Source of the DNA: Eledone cirrhosa | Lineage: Eukaryota | Assembly (NCBI GenBank): GCA_964016885.1 | Contig: OZ024742.1 | Span: forward strand, 110,980,001 to 111,044,000 | Direction: 5' to 3' | Length of the DNA stretch: 64,000 bases | Shown: positions 38,635 to 54,456 of the stretch, one piece after another | Layout: every line of letters starts with the position of its first letter | Position numbering within the stretch: the first letter of the stretch is position 1 | Position numbers and translations under genes: made by a program | The notes under the pieces: generated by a model | Told to the model about the DNA's origin: nothing | Databases searched by the model: none | The model's input: the letters and a program-made list of their open reading frames with translations, nothing else

Positions 38635-40194
38635 CAGGGTAATTGGCAACCTATTACAGGAATACGAAACGTTGACAGGAGCAAGACTAAACCCCAAAAA
38701 GTCTGTCGGTTTTAAACTCGGCACATGGAGAGGAGAACCCAAGTCTACCGACAGTGTCGTTGGACGCTGGACGGAAGGACCGGTGAAATTGCTCCGGGTC
38801 TGGTTCGGGCCAGACCTCCAGGTGGACGATAACTGGAACGAGGTCACGGCGAAGGTGTTTGCACTCACCCAGAAGTGGGCTGAGTGCAAACTCTCCTTGA
38901 AAGGTCTAGCAGAGGTGGCGAACACTTACATAGCCTCTGTCATCTACTACCCCTTGACAGTCGTGCCTTGCCACCGCGAATACCTTACCAAAATGGAACG
39001 CCTACTCTTCAAGTTCCTCTGGAAGAAACAGGCTCCATTGGTGAGGAGATCCCTCTGCTGTCAAACCCTTCTAACGGAGGTCTGGTCATGCCATGTCTGA
39101 TGATGCGCAAACATGCGCTGAGGCTACGCCATCTCCAAGTATTCCTGACCGGTGAACCGGTGTGGCTGTCATTTGTGAGACAAGCTCTTCCACAACTCGT
39201 CTCACTAACAGAGCTGCAGTCCTGGGTCAAGCGAAGACCGTAAATGATGCCTGGCACCTCGAGTGCCTACAGGCGCTCACAGCCCTCAACCAAGCGGAAA
39301 CGGCAATGAGCGGAGACTCTTCTTCGACATTCTAAGAGGGATCAGTGGAGGATATGTGCGACGACGTTCTCGGGGAAACTCTAGGCATCGAGGAGGACGA
39401 ACTGACCAGTCTGTTCGGGAGGATTTTCCGTCCAGGGCCTATGGATAACTTCCAGAGGTGTCTAGCCTGGAAGTGCTACCGAGGAGCTCTACCAGTTTGA
39501 GACAAAATCTACAGGCACGGTCGCCTTGGCAGAGATCCTTCCAAACGGACCTGTCCAAGATGCGAGCGGGACATCGAAACCTTTCTGCACGCAATTGTTC
39601 AGTGTCCAGGGGTGACCCAACTGTCACGTGTGGGACGCATCCAGTTGTCAGCCGAATCCATCGTGAGGATCCCCCCACCGCCTTCATTTAAGAACGAAGG
39701 AGAGGCGGTTTTCCTCTGTCTGGTGGCTATGGTGAAAGAGGTAATATGGTGGACGAGGTTAAAAGGACTGAGGGCAAACACCTTTCTCTCCAGACCACAA
39801 CTTATCCCCTTCTTTAAGTATCACTTCAGAAGGAAGGTGAGCGTGGAGAGAGAGGTGCTACACCCCAGTAAATTCGCTGAAAGGTGGGTGAATGTGGCAA
39901 AAATGACCCGAATCAATGGGCCTTCTCTGTATATAAACATGTAGGATGAGGAAGATAAACAGAGGGAATACAGGAACACCTACAAAACGTGTTCCTGGTG
40001 TTGAGGGTTGTTCTATCCACGGGGTGTAAAACAACCCTGCAGTAACGTTCCCCCCTATTGGGGATCTCAATTGTTATTTTATTATATATAGTTTATTGTT
40101 ATTTATTAATGTTAAAGTTATTTTTATGTAAAAACCCGCCGTCACGTCTTGTTATGTCCCATTTTTGTACGCACCTGTGGCAAATAAACAAAGA
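38635..40194 (+). mobile_element. Tx1/L1-clade non-LTR retrotransposon, 5'-truncated
   Basis: TGARLNPKKS, LRVWFG, KLSLKG.AEVANTYIAS, FKFLWK, GGLVMP and zinc knuckle CPRCERDIETFLHAIVQC (39553-39606). AATAAA at 40183. (TATC)n on both sides. Confidence 0.88.
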
Positions 40195-40204
40195 TATCTA
40201 TCTC

Positions 40205-40263
<59 letters not shown>

Positions 40264-40302
40264 GCCTGTCTATCTATTTATCTATGTATGCATGTATGTA
40301 TG

Positions 40303-41130
40303 GTGACACCGCTTCACAGCAAGGATGCATGTGCACTTTGATGAACTTTTGAATCAGCCATCTGTCGTCAATGAAGATTTCCTTAATCTCATTCCTGAAA
40401 AACCTGTGAAAGTAGCTCTCGCAGGACCACCGACGCTTGTGGAGGTTGCAGTAGCTATCTCGAAGCTGAACAGTGGAAGTCTCCAGGTATGGATGCCATA
40501 CATGCAGAGCTCTTACAATATAGCGGTGAGAGACTTCTGCAACATCTTCACGCTTTGTTTGGCAGGATAAAGGCTAGTGAATCCGTGCCTGAGGACTGCA
40601 GGGATGCAGTAATAGTGGTCTTGTACAAGGTAAAGGGTAACAAGAATGATTGTGGAAACTATAGATGTATATCATTGCTTTCTGTGGTAGGACAAAATGT
40701 ATATAGGGCGCTTCTAGACCGTCTGCTGACACACATTGCAGATTGTGTTCTTCCCGAAAGTCAATCTGGTTTTCGTGCTGGACGCGGCACTACTGATATG
40801 ATCTTCTCAGCTAGACAGCCCCAGGAGAAGTGCATGGAACAAGGTTTGAATCTGTATCAGGTTTTTGTCGATCTGACAAAAGCTTTCGATACTGTAACAG
40901 AAATGCATTGTGGAAGGTTCTCCAGAAACTTGGTTGCTGTAATAAGTTCCTTGCTTTGGTTAGGTCTTTCCATGACGACATGGCGGCTTGGGTTAATGTC
41001 AGAGGTAACATGTCGGAGCCTATCTCAATAAAAAATGGAATGAAACAGGGGGATATTCCAGCACCGACCCTGTTTGCCATGTTTGCAATGGTTTTCTATA
41101 TTGCATTCAGGAATTGCGAGCATGGTGTTT
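40303..41130 (+). mobile_element. RTE LINE RT fragment
   Basis: KGNKNDCGNYRCISLLS, LPESQSGFRAGRGTTDMIF, FVDLTKAFDTV and GMKQGDIPAPTLF. Confidence 0.9.
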
Positions 41131-41131
41131 G

Positions 41132-41495
41132 TAGTAGTCCTCATCAGATATCGGTGAAACAGTTAGGCCATTGATGACAATGTTGCTAGATTGGGTTGTT
41201 TTTTTTGCCCGCTTTACAGTCACGTATGAGCACTTATCTTGTCCAAACTCCATTCCTATATCCTTTGAGAACATTGTAACCAGGTCAAGATTTTTCTTCA
41301 TCCCATCCATGTTCTTGGCATAGAGTTTTAGATCGTCCACAAAGAAATGATGGGTTAGGTTCGTATTTCTGTCCTCCTGTGATCAGAAAGGACAAGGGGT
41401 TTAATGACAAGATGAATAATATCACAGAGAGACTCTCTCCCTGAAATATACCCCTGCGATAATTAATTTTGTTGTTAATATTGTGTTCAGCCATG
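41132..41495 (-). mobile_element. Second R4/Dong-type RT fragment
   Basis: RRGIFQGESLSVILFILSLNPLS and VDDLKLYAKN. 41132-41384 is near-identical to 37523-37770. Confidence 0.85.
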
Positions 41496-41724
41496 CTGTT
41501 TGTAGCATATACTTGTAAAAGGAATTATATATTTAATCGGATATCTCTACGAATTCGAATAAAAGGTGTCTTCGGAAGATATAGTTAGAATAATAACCAG
41601 TTATTCAATATGACTGTAGTTGTGGCATTACTGTCGGAGATAGTATTCATCTTAAATTTAATAAATAGTCTCCCACGGCAAAATATGCGACTGATCGCGT
41701 TGACTGTACATACATGTATGTATG

Positions 41725-41758
<34 letters not shown>

Positions 41759-41780
41759 TGTATGTATGTATGTATGTATG

Positions 41781-42900
41781 ACCCCGCGAGAGATGACCCC
41801 TTAGCCTTTGTCAAGGCAGAATACTAGGAGAAGGAAAACTCTGATATAACACCTGCAACCCTGATGGTATCCAATGATGTTGACTTGTTCTTCTTTTTGG
41901 TAAATATCATCTTGGTTAAGAGAGTGGGACTGGCTTTGTGCAGTGCCTTTGCTCACTTTAAAGCTTCACGGCACAGGCATTGCTTTATATCTGGAGATCT
42001 CTCTGCCCTTGTCGTCACATGGTACCATGGGCCCAGCACTATGTGTCAATAATTGTCACAGGTGTAGTGTTTGTACCAGAGTTTTCAAGTCGCTGGCTGG
42101 ACTAAAAAGTCACACTCGTTCAGCGCATCGGTAGGAGTTCTCCTACATGGATATAAAGTAGTGGCCGTACTCGAAAACGAGTTGGCAACCACCATGTATG
42201 TATGTATGTATGTATCTTTGTATGTATGTATGTATGTATGTATGTATGTATGTATGTATGTATGTATGTATGTATGTATGTATGTATTGTCAAAGGGCAA
42301 GGGAGCTCTTAAGACTCAATAGCCATCCAAAATCACCGGGAGAGATGACCCCTTAGCCTTTGTCAAGGCAGAATTCTAGGAGAAGGAAAACTCTGATATA
42401 ACACCTGCAACCCTGATGGTATCCAATGATGTTGACTTGTTCTTCTTTTTGGTAAATATCATCTTGGTTAAGGGAGTGGGACTGGCTTTGTGCAGTGCCT
42501 TTGCTCACTATAAAAGCTTCACAGCACAGGCATTGCTTTATATCTGGAGATCTCTCTGCACTTGTCATCACATGGTATCATGGGCCCTGCACTATGTGTC
42601 AATAATGGTCACAAGTGTAGTCTTTGTACCAGAGTTTTCAAGTCGCTGGCTGGACTAAAAAGTCACATTCGTTCAGCGCATCGGTAGGGGTTCTCCTACA
42701 TAGATATAAAGTAGTGGCCGTACTCGAAAACGAGTTGGCAGCCACCATGTATGTATGTATGTATGGCTCAATGCACAGTCTTTCCTCGCACTAAAAAATA
42801 TCTTCATGCACAGGCATTGCACGATAGAATTAGTTAATAATTATTTATAATTGTATATCGTGCAATGGCCATACTCGACAACGAGGGGGAAGCCATCACC
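41781..42900 (+). mobile_element. Three stacked 5'-truncated RTE-derived elements (A: 41781-42195; A: 42288-42748; B: 42765-42900)
   Basis: Each ends in the shared hairpin plus (ATGT)n and starts in the previous element's tail. Confidence 0.85.
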
Positions 42901-45900
42901 ATGTATGTATGTATGTATGTATGTATGTATGTATGTATGTATGTATGTATGTATGTATGTATGTATGTATGTATAAACGTGTATAGTAGGCTTCAGCATA
43001 TTCCCATCTACCTAATTTCACTCTCAAATGTTGTTTATCTCTAGGCTATCCAAATGTGTTGCAATCGGATCAAATCTGGAACAACAGTCGAAATATATTT
43101 CGAAAACCAATGAGAAATTAAATGATGATTAATCATAACTGTGATTTGTTGTGGTTAAACAAGACTGATGAAACAGATAAATAAAATGTCTTACAATTAT
43201 GACATTTCATTTTTCAGATGATTAGAAATGTATTATATTTATTGGTTAACTGATAAACTAAAGTTACTTGCGTACTAGCTTCTTCCTTAATGATTGATTT
43301 ATGAACGGTTATAATTGATGTGGCATTTACTGATACTGCAGTTTATTTCAGCATGTAGAATAGAAACTGAAAATTATGTCTTATGTAAATGAATTGGCAG
43401 TTTTCCCTGTCTTTCAATATTAGCAATGTTGTATTATTTTAATTACGACGGCAATGGATTTTGGAATTTTCTAGTTTACATTTCATTTTGATATATAGCA
43501 TTTACGTCTAACAAACAAATCACAATCTATATAAACATGGCGAAAACGGGCAAACATTGGAACATTAAATAAGGAAAAAATATAACGTATAATGTTGTGT
43601 TTGAGTGTTCTCTACTGAACAATATTCTTGCCATTTTCATTATCTCGGCTTTAATTTGAGTAACTTGAATATTAAAAGAGAGTAACAACACCATAAAATT
43701 AAATATATAAACTAACTGTTTTTAATTATACTTAATTATTTTTCTTCGTTTTCTCATGGCATTGTTTAAAAACTAAATAAATGAAGCGACTACTGCTTTC
43801 TATAATTAAATTTTACTATATTATTGTCGAAAGGAAAGCGAGAACAAGACAAAGGATAATAATACTGCTATAATAATTTAACGGGAGAGAATTGAAAGAG
43901 ATTTATTAAGAGCTGATCAGTTTTAATATATTGCTTCTATTGGTGGTTTCCTTATGAAAGAGAGAAAATATGTAGGGAAAAAAAAAATACACATTTCAAT
44001 TTTAAATGGCGTAACTGAAAAGACACGTTTTAAGTTTAGATGAAGATGAAAATGAAAATAGCTTCAAGTGTTTAACGCTGTATAAAGCAAATATCGTTAT
44101 TGTTGTCGTTTGGACAACATGCATGAAAGACAGAATGAATGTTTTCCGCGCTTCCTGTCAAATTTGATATTTAGAAATAGCTAATCCCAGAAGGGGTTGG
44201 AAAAACAGATACTTGCGTAAGAGAGAGGGGGGGGGGGCGATTCTCTGATGAATGAGAATCGTTTCAACTATATAAAGACACGTAGTGGTTAAAGAATGGG
44301 GATATCGAGAAAGAATTAGTAATTCGAAAATATATGGAGGTATAACGGAAAAAACAGGCAATAGAATCTATTTAGGGAAGGAAAGTGGATGAAATTTATG
44401 AAGAAGATGTGGGTAAAGCTTTTTCTTGAAATATAAACAGAAAATCAATAGTACAATATATGTAAAGAATATAAAATGCCATGTTTATAATGTGGGAAAA
44501 GTTTATCAGATAAATAAAAAGAGGAAATAATACCGAAAACCACATACACAGACGGCGTGATGTGGAGAGAAAATATAAATATAATGCAGGGTGAAAAGAG
44601 ATAATCAAATAATTAATTACAAATGCACCAAACAAATACGCATAAACAAATATATATACATATATATAAACATTTGTGTGCGTGCTTGTAGATAACACAA
44701 TAAATAGTTTCAGTATATACAAGGAAAGATAGAAAGTAAGACTACAAGAGATGGGTATTATAATGAAAAATATAGAGAAAATAGCACAATGTGTATGAAA
44801 AAGCGAATATGTAGAATACGCAATGCTGTAAAGTACTTGGTTTACAGAAAAAGTTTCTTTTAGATTCATTAATAAACGAGGGACCTATCAGGGAAATATC
44901 TTGCTATCTTTTTTTCTAAAGGCCTGACAAAATAACATAATTACAATAACTGTTTAATTTATGTACAATAATACATTTCAAAAGGTGGTTGAGAAATACC
45001 GCAACTTATTTAATATGATTTCGACAGGTTCGTCCTGGCTCAGTGGAAAAATGCACTTGTTAAATTTTGAGATCGCTATAGCACTTATGCCAAATATAAA
45101 ACAGTGGGTCAATATTATCAATATTTAATATTTGTATTGGTTGAATGCCCTTTACATTCTTCGATTTCTCGTTGAAAGCGATTTTACATCTTTTCTTTTA
45201 AATGCATAGTACCGTACACCAGACCGCCTAAGTCCAGAAATACTATGGATACACTGACTATATTTTTATAACATGCTACATGACAAGATGGTCGTATCGC
45301 TTATTTCAATAGTGTTGAAATACTTCGAAGGAGGTAACATAATGAGAGGGTTCCTACAAAACTACAACGGCCCTGTGTTGATGAATTGACAGATAAACGA
45401 AGAGAACAACAAAAGCTCTAAAAGCGAAGTTGACCGCGGTGAAATTTGTAGTCACAAAGAAAAGAGCCAGTCAGGAAAGTTACAACAAATTGTTTGCCCG
45501 ACGCTCTAACTCCTCTGCTGATCGAAGGGCGCACGACACTTGTATTACATAGATAAAATAATGATGGACAGTTTTCCAGTTTTCGTGGCAGATGATGGAC
45601 GAATATGAATTGTAAAAGCCTAATGTAATTTAAATCCAACTTTATTGATTTACAAACTGAAAACATTGTTAATAAACAATATCTAAAGACAAGTTCTTGA
45701 TTGGAATGTCTTGTAATAAATATACATTTCACTGAGGTTGTAGATTAAAATTAAAACTAGCCATGACAACATATCAACACCTCTCTGCTAAATATATTTA
45801 AATTACTTGGTGATAAGTCCATAGGAATTGACCTGTTAAATACCAGTTTTAACATTTTCTTGAACCAACATAAACAATATAATTAAAAGGAAGGCTGTTG

Positions 45901-46749
45901 AAAGCTCCAAACAGTTGTTGCTCCTGATCGTGTTTTGGTTGATTTTGTTGTTACTTAGAACTCTATCAAATGTTTTCGACCAGATTTCATTATTGTGATT
46001 TGAGTCCAGATTTAATAGCAAAGTACGGGATAAATGGCACAAGTAACCACGCTGTGTTCTCTAAACTGTTATACTGAAGGTATAGCGAATTGATACCACC
46101 CATAGATCAACCGACAAAATATCTTGTGACATCTTGTTATTTCCTCATCAGGTTTCTGAATCAAAATCCCGAATATATTAACGTTTTCCATCCTTCTTCC
46201 ATGTTAATTTGCGATTAACACGCACAAACATGCATTTGTTAATTTTTCCACAATTGTATTTATGACGAGCTTCTATTCTTTTTAAAACGTACAACATATT
46301 CGTTATGTGATTTAAACTCACAACATCCAGCCACCAACACGCATGTGGATTCAAATAGGCAGCCAGATATTTCTATGCTTAACTATACTGTCATGTATCA
46401 TTTGTCACAATTTGGTTGATACATCTTTTTGTACATAAATATATTGACCATAATTATGGATCAAACAATCCAGAATAATTATATCTATAGTGGATACTAA
46501 TGTTATGAAAATATATCATTGATAGTACAATTCTTAATAGAACCGCTTGAGAAGTTCCTGCCAGTAATATCTACAGATTATCATATCTATGAATACATAG
46601 CTATTTCCATCCTATGCCTGGTATACGTAACTCGCCACCATTTCGTGGATTCAGGTGAATCCATTTTCTTGTAGCATTTTCCCCAACCGCAGGCAAATGT
46701 GAGTTAGTTTGTTCATCCCTTTCTTCAAATACACCCTCACCCCACATAT

Positions 46750-49228
<2,479 letters not shown>

Positions 49229-49805
49229 TATATATATAATTGAGATAAGCGGAGCAAGCAAGATTCAAACAATTTTTTTAAATAAATTAAAAAATATAAT
49301 TTAAATATTTATCTATTCCAATTGCTTTTACCGACGGTATCACTTGACAAAAGATTGGAGATCCCTAGGGACCTCCAGTGGAAAAGTTTAGATCATCAGA
49401 CAGCATTTTCCTTTCCTAGAACAAAAAGTGCCAGGAACGGCAAAATATATTGCCATCTGCCAGCTAGCATAGTATCGAATGGGGCCGAAAATTTGACCTA
49501 TGCATGAACCAGCCCTTAGTAGAAGCGGAAGTAAACATAGACGCATTGTCTACCTTGCCACTAAAAATAGCAGCTAAATAGAACAACAGATTTGTTCTCT
49601 ACATAACGGAGAATATTAAAAGTAGTTAATATCCCCACAGGTAGTAAGTACCCCTGGAAATATATAGGGTGTCTATGATACAGTGGTTGTTCTATGGCAT
49701 TAATTTGACACACCAGACCTATAAAATTGAGATAAATATATATATATATATGCTCATATATATATATATAAGTATATATATATACATATGCATATATATA
49801 TATAC

Positions 49806-50046
49806 ATTTAAATGATATACGAAATAGCCTCTGTTGTATATCTAGATAAACAAATAGTATCGTGTACATATATATAATGATCAATAATAAATGTACGCTC
49901 TCATAGAAAGAATCAAGACAACATTGTTTAAAGTAGTCTTTAAACAATTCTGGCTTGATTCTTTCTATGAGAGCGTACATTTATTATTATATATACGTAC
50001 ATGATACTAGATATATGAAAGATACTTTTTCGTATATCGTTTAAAA
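49806..50046. repeat. Imperfect palindrome next to TA-rich tract
   Basis: Perfect core aataataaatgtacgctctcatagaaagaatcaag / cttgattctttctatgagagcgtacatttattatt, plus outer arms tttaaatgatatacgaaa / tttcgtatatcgtttaaa. Confidence 0.7.
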
Positions 50047-51089
50047 TTGTTTAAAATATGCTCTGAGCTTAATGTCCATTGAGCTTTCTTTGTTGAGTAA
50101 CTTAATCAATATACATTATATATGTATAGATTTAACCTAATGATAGTATTTATATATATATATATATATATAATACAAAGAATGTTGTGTTCATGCACTG
50201 AGATGCTACAAAATAACTCATACAATAGGGTGAAAATTATTAAAGACCAATACAGAATTTACCAACGGCCGCTACGACGAATGAAACTCGTATTCCGTAT
50301 CTCCCATATACCGACTACGTATATGTTTCTTAGTAATATATATCAGCGTGTGTGTGTTTATGTGAAGTAATACAGGGTGTTATTAGAGCAGCGTTAATCA
50401 TCTTATAAATAAAAGCAGGCTATGGCATATAGGGCACCACTATAAATAAAATAAAAATAAAACTTTGACTTGCATTATACAATCAATAGCTATTTATCTG
50501 GTTTTAGACAGTCTCTGTCAAGGAAAATAAAAAAAGGGGAAAAAAGAAGAAAGAATCCAAACAACATAGAATTATATTTTTTCAATCCGAGATAAATGTA
50601 TCACCATCTCTTATGTAATCGAAATATAGTGAACACACACACACATGTAAGTGTATGTTTCTACTCAAACACATACACATATGTAAGTGTATGTTTCTAC
50701 TTATTTATGTAGAAATACGTTTCAAAATATTTTATAATATTCTACACGTCATCCTTCACACCTCCAGTTATACACTCAATTTTGACGTCCATCATACTAA
50801 CACGCTAAAATTGTGTGATCGACGCACAGACGTATTTTTTCCCAGTTTATTTCATAGTTTTACAATAAACGCCAAATATGAAAACAATTTTAGGTATTAG
50901 TTTAACTTAAACAATTTATTTCAATATTGTTATACTTTGGGAGGGTCATGTTGCCAATAAGAAACACACGCACCAGTTGCTTTCACTTCAATTTATTATA
51001 TATTTATAAATTTATAAATTTATAAATCTACAAACTTATAAATTTCTGGTTGGTTGGTTGGTTCCACAACCAGATAGTTGTTTATATAT

Positions 51090-51133
51090 AGTCATAGTCC
51101 TTTCGTCACACACTCTGTGACCTCTTCAGTGAC
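51090..51133 (-). ncRNA. Minimal type I hammerhead (inverted arm)
   Basis: Reverse complement of gtca CTGAAGA ggtcacagagtgtgtgac GAAA ggac TA tgact. Confidence 0.75.
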
Positions 51134-51781
51134 CTGTAAAATAACCTGTAAAATAACCTGTAAAATAAGCTCCCATATTAACTGTAAAATAACCTGTAAA
51201 ATAACCTGTAAAATAACCTGTAAAATAAGCCCCCATATTAACTGTAAAACTAGAAATGTAGTGTATAGCATAAGATGTACTGAAGGACAATGTAGAAACA
51301 AAAATATAGTGTACATAGGTGAGACAGCTCGTAGTATAGGGGAACGGATAAATGAACACTGGCGAGACCTTCAAGATAATAAAGAATCATCTGTACTCTA
51401 CCAACATGCTAAGATAGAACACAAGGGTAAATTAGAGAACATAGAAATAAAAATAGAATCCACACACAGAAAAGATGCAATGTTTAGGCAAATACAGAGG
51501 CAGTAAGCATAAAAGAATTACAACCAAAATTAAATAGAAAATATGAGTGGAACAGCAACATCACAACTTACAATTAAGGACAAAATGAAAACACACACAC
51601 ACATAGAACAAACAACCAACCAACAACATGTAAATAAATAAACAAATAGATAAATGAACACAAACACACACAGACACCCGGATGTGGCGCATGCGCAAAC
51701 TGAGCACACAACACACGCACAGAAACAAAATGGCGTAGGACAGAAGAAAGGAAAGGCACAGAAACAAAGAAAGGAATTCCC

Positions 51782-51826
51782 AGTCACTGAAGAGGTCACA
51801 GAGTGTGTGACGAAAGGACTATGACT
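51782..51826 (+). ncRNA. Minimal type I hammerhead ribozyme in PLE pseudo-LTR
   Basis: agtca CTGAAGA g gtcaca gagtg tgtgac GAAA ggac TA^ tgact. Confidence 0.85.
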
Positions 51827-53716
51827 ATATATAAACAACTATCTGGTTGTGGAACCAACCAACCAACCAGAAATTTATAAGTTTGTAGATTTGTAAATTT
51901 ATAAATTTATAAATATATAATAAATTGAAGTGAAAGCAACTGGTGCGTGTGTTTCTTATTGGCAATATCGGTTTCAACACACGATTTCAGATAAAGAATC
52001 TTGCTAAACAAATTCAGAAACGAAATTTATTTCAAATTATACTAATTGGTGTTGGACATTTCTTACATAATTATCTTAGAGAAGGAAAGAAAATATAACT
52101 GAAAATTACAAGATAACCAATACTGTTGATATTGAAGTGGTTGAGAATCAGCTCAAACATCTGCAGGTCAATGTATATGCATACACTATTGCAAAAGATA
52201 GAACCTATGAGTCAGGTGTACCTTAATCTAGCAGCATGAAATCCAGAGACATTCCTCATATTTCTGTCATTAGATTTTCTAATTTATCATTCGTTTCTTT
52301 AACCATAAATCCTACGATTTGAGGATGATTTACGCATGTCCCTTTAAGCTCATATTTCCAATGCCACCTCGACCGGCCTTTGTTTTCATCATTCAAAGAT
52401 TGATAAAATTGAATACCAGTGAAATGATATGTCGTTATAAGTGACTATAACACTCTACTCAAATGCGATAAGTTGTTTTTAAGAAGAAAACAATATATTG
52501 CATATTGGTAAGAAGGGAACAAAAATACTCTCTTTCACCAGCCATTAATGTGATGATGTTAAAACAAGTATGGGCTTTATTCTTGCTATACGTAAACCTG
52601 ACTAGATTGATACGGATGTATTAAATCTGATACATTTTAAAAATATATTCCTCCACGTTCTAAAGAAATACATAATCAAAAACTGGCCAACAAATAAGTC
52701 TTTCTGCACCAGATATTCTACTATACACAGCAACTACATATTCCACAAATATTCCTTAAAATATTGAGAAAGGAATAAGTCATTAGAAAGTAGATTTTAG
52801 AAAAACTATGGCAAAGTATCTGCATGATAACAGCATCATTGCTTTTCATCAATGTGATGTTCAACGGCCTAAACGTTAATTTATAAACAAATATGCAAAG
52901 ATGAATGTTACATCAATTTAATTCAAATCTTGCAGAATATATATTAGAAATCATCCATCTTGACAATATAAATAAAATATAATAAAAAATATTTCTTATT
53001 TAAATTTGTATTCTAAAACATTTCCATATCTCCAGGCTGGCGTTTGTTTACATTTTAATGAAACATTAAACTATAGAAACCAAATAAAATATGATAGTAA
53101 AAACTGAACATTTTATTAAAATATTATTCAACAGGTAGATCGCAAAACATATTGCTTCGTACACAAGAACTAAATATCTAATATTTAGATGTATTTCAAT
53201 ATTTGGATTATATGCTAAAATGAAAGTGTATTCACATGTACACACACATACACATAATCCCATGTACACAAACTCACAGACATACATGCTCACATACATA
53301 GATTCATACATACATACGCACATGCATACATGCATAGGTGCATACATACACACACACATACCCCCTCCCCCACATATATATATATGGTAATGATGGCCAT
53401 GTCAATCTATTGAAATGGTATGATTTATTTATCTTTCAATTCATTAACAGTAATTACGGTCAGGGTTATTTGGTCAGGCTCCTTATATTTATGTTACTTG
53501 AATGTGAGTACATCCCTAGGGAATGACACTTTATCTACCATTCAATGACTTGTATAAGTTATTCTCTTTCTCTCCCTCTCCCTCTCCCTCTCCCTCTCTC
53601 ACTTTATATATATATAGGATAGTCAAATTTGTTATCTTGGTAATTTAACGCATTGTGTTGGTTTTCAAAACTTAAATTTGTGTTTCCTATTCAAGAATGT
53701 TTCAAGCAAGCTTCAA

Positions 53717-53822
<106 letters not shown>

Positions 53823-54008
53823 GGCTCTATTGATTTTTCCCTGGATTTCACAAAATTCTGTGGATAAGTCAATGTCTTGATTTTTTGGAATTGTGTTTGA
53901 ATTATCTTCCCACACCTTACGTTAACTATTTTTCCATTTTGACGTTATAGTCACTTATATATTATGAAATACTGTTGGCTTCAGGCTCACAATCATTTCT
54001 ATACTTTC

Positions 54009-54419
<411 letters not shown>

Positions 54420-54456
54420 AAAGTAAGTCCATAGAATCATATATTCTATATATATA

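Larger units (their letters stand above)
50925..52025 (+). mobile_element. Neptune-like PLE 3' end with inverted pseudo-LTR (same family as 30958-32005)
   Basis: GIY-YIG ORF remnant 51230-51575. Inverted arm 50925-51133 matches 51783-51965. Confidence 0.9.

Noticed and set aside
43000-46740. Host exons in the repeat-poor stretch (ORFs 45418-45732 and 45836-46042)
   Set aside because: No recognisable domain or supported splice structure; small exons cannot be excluded without RNA data.
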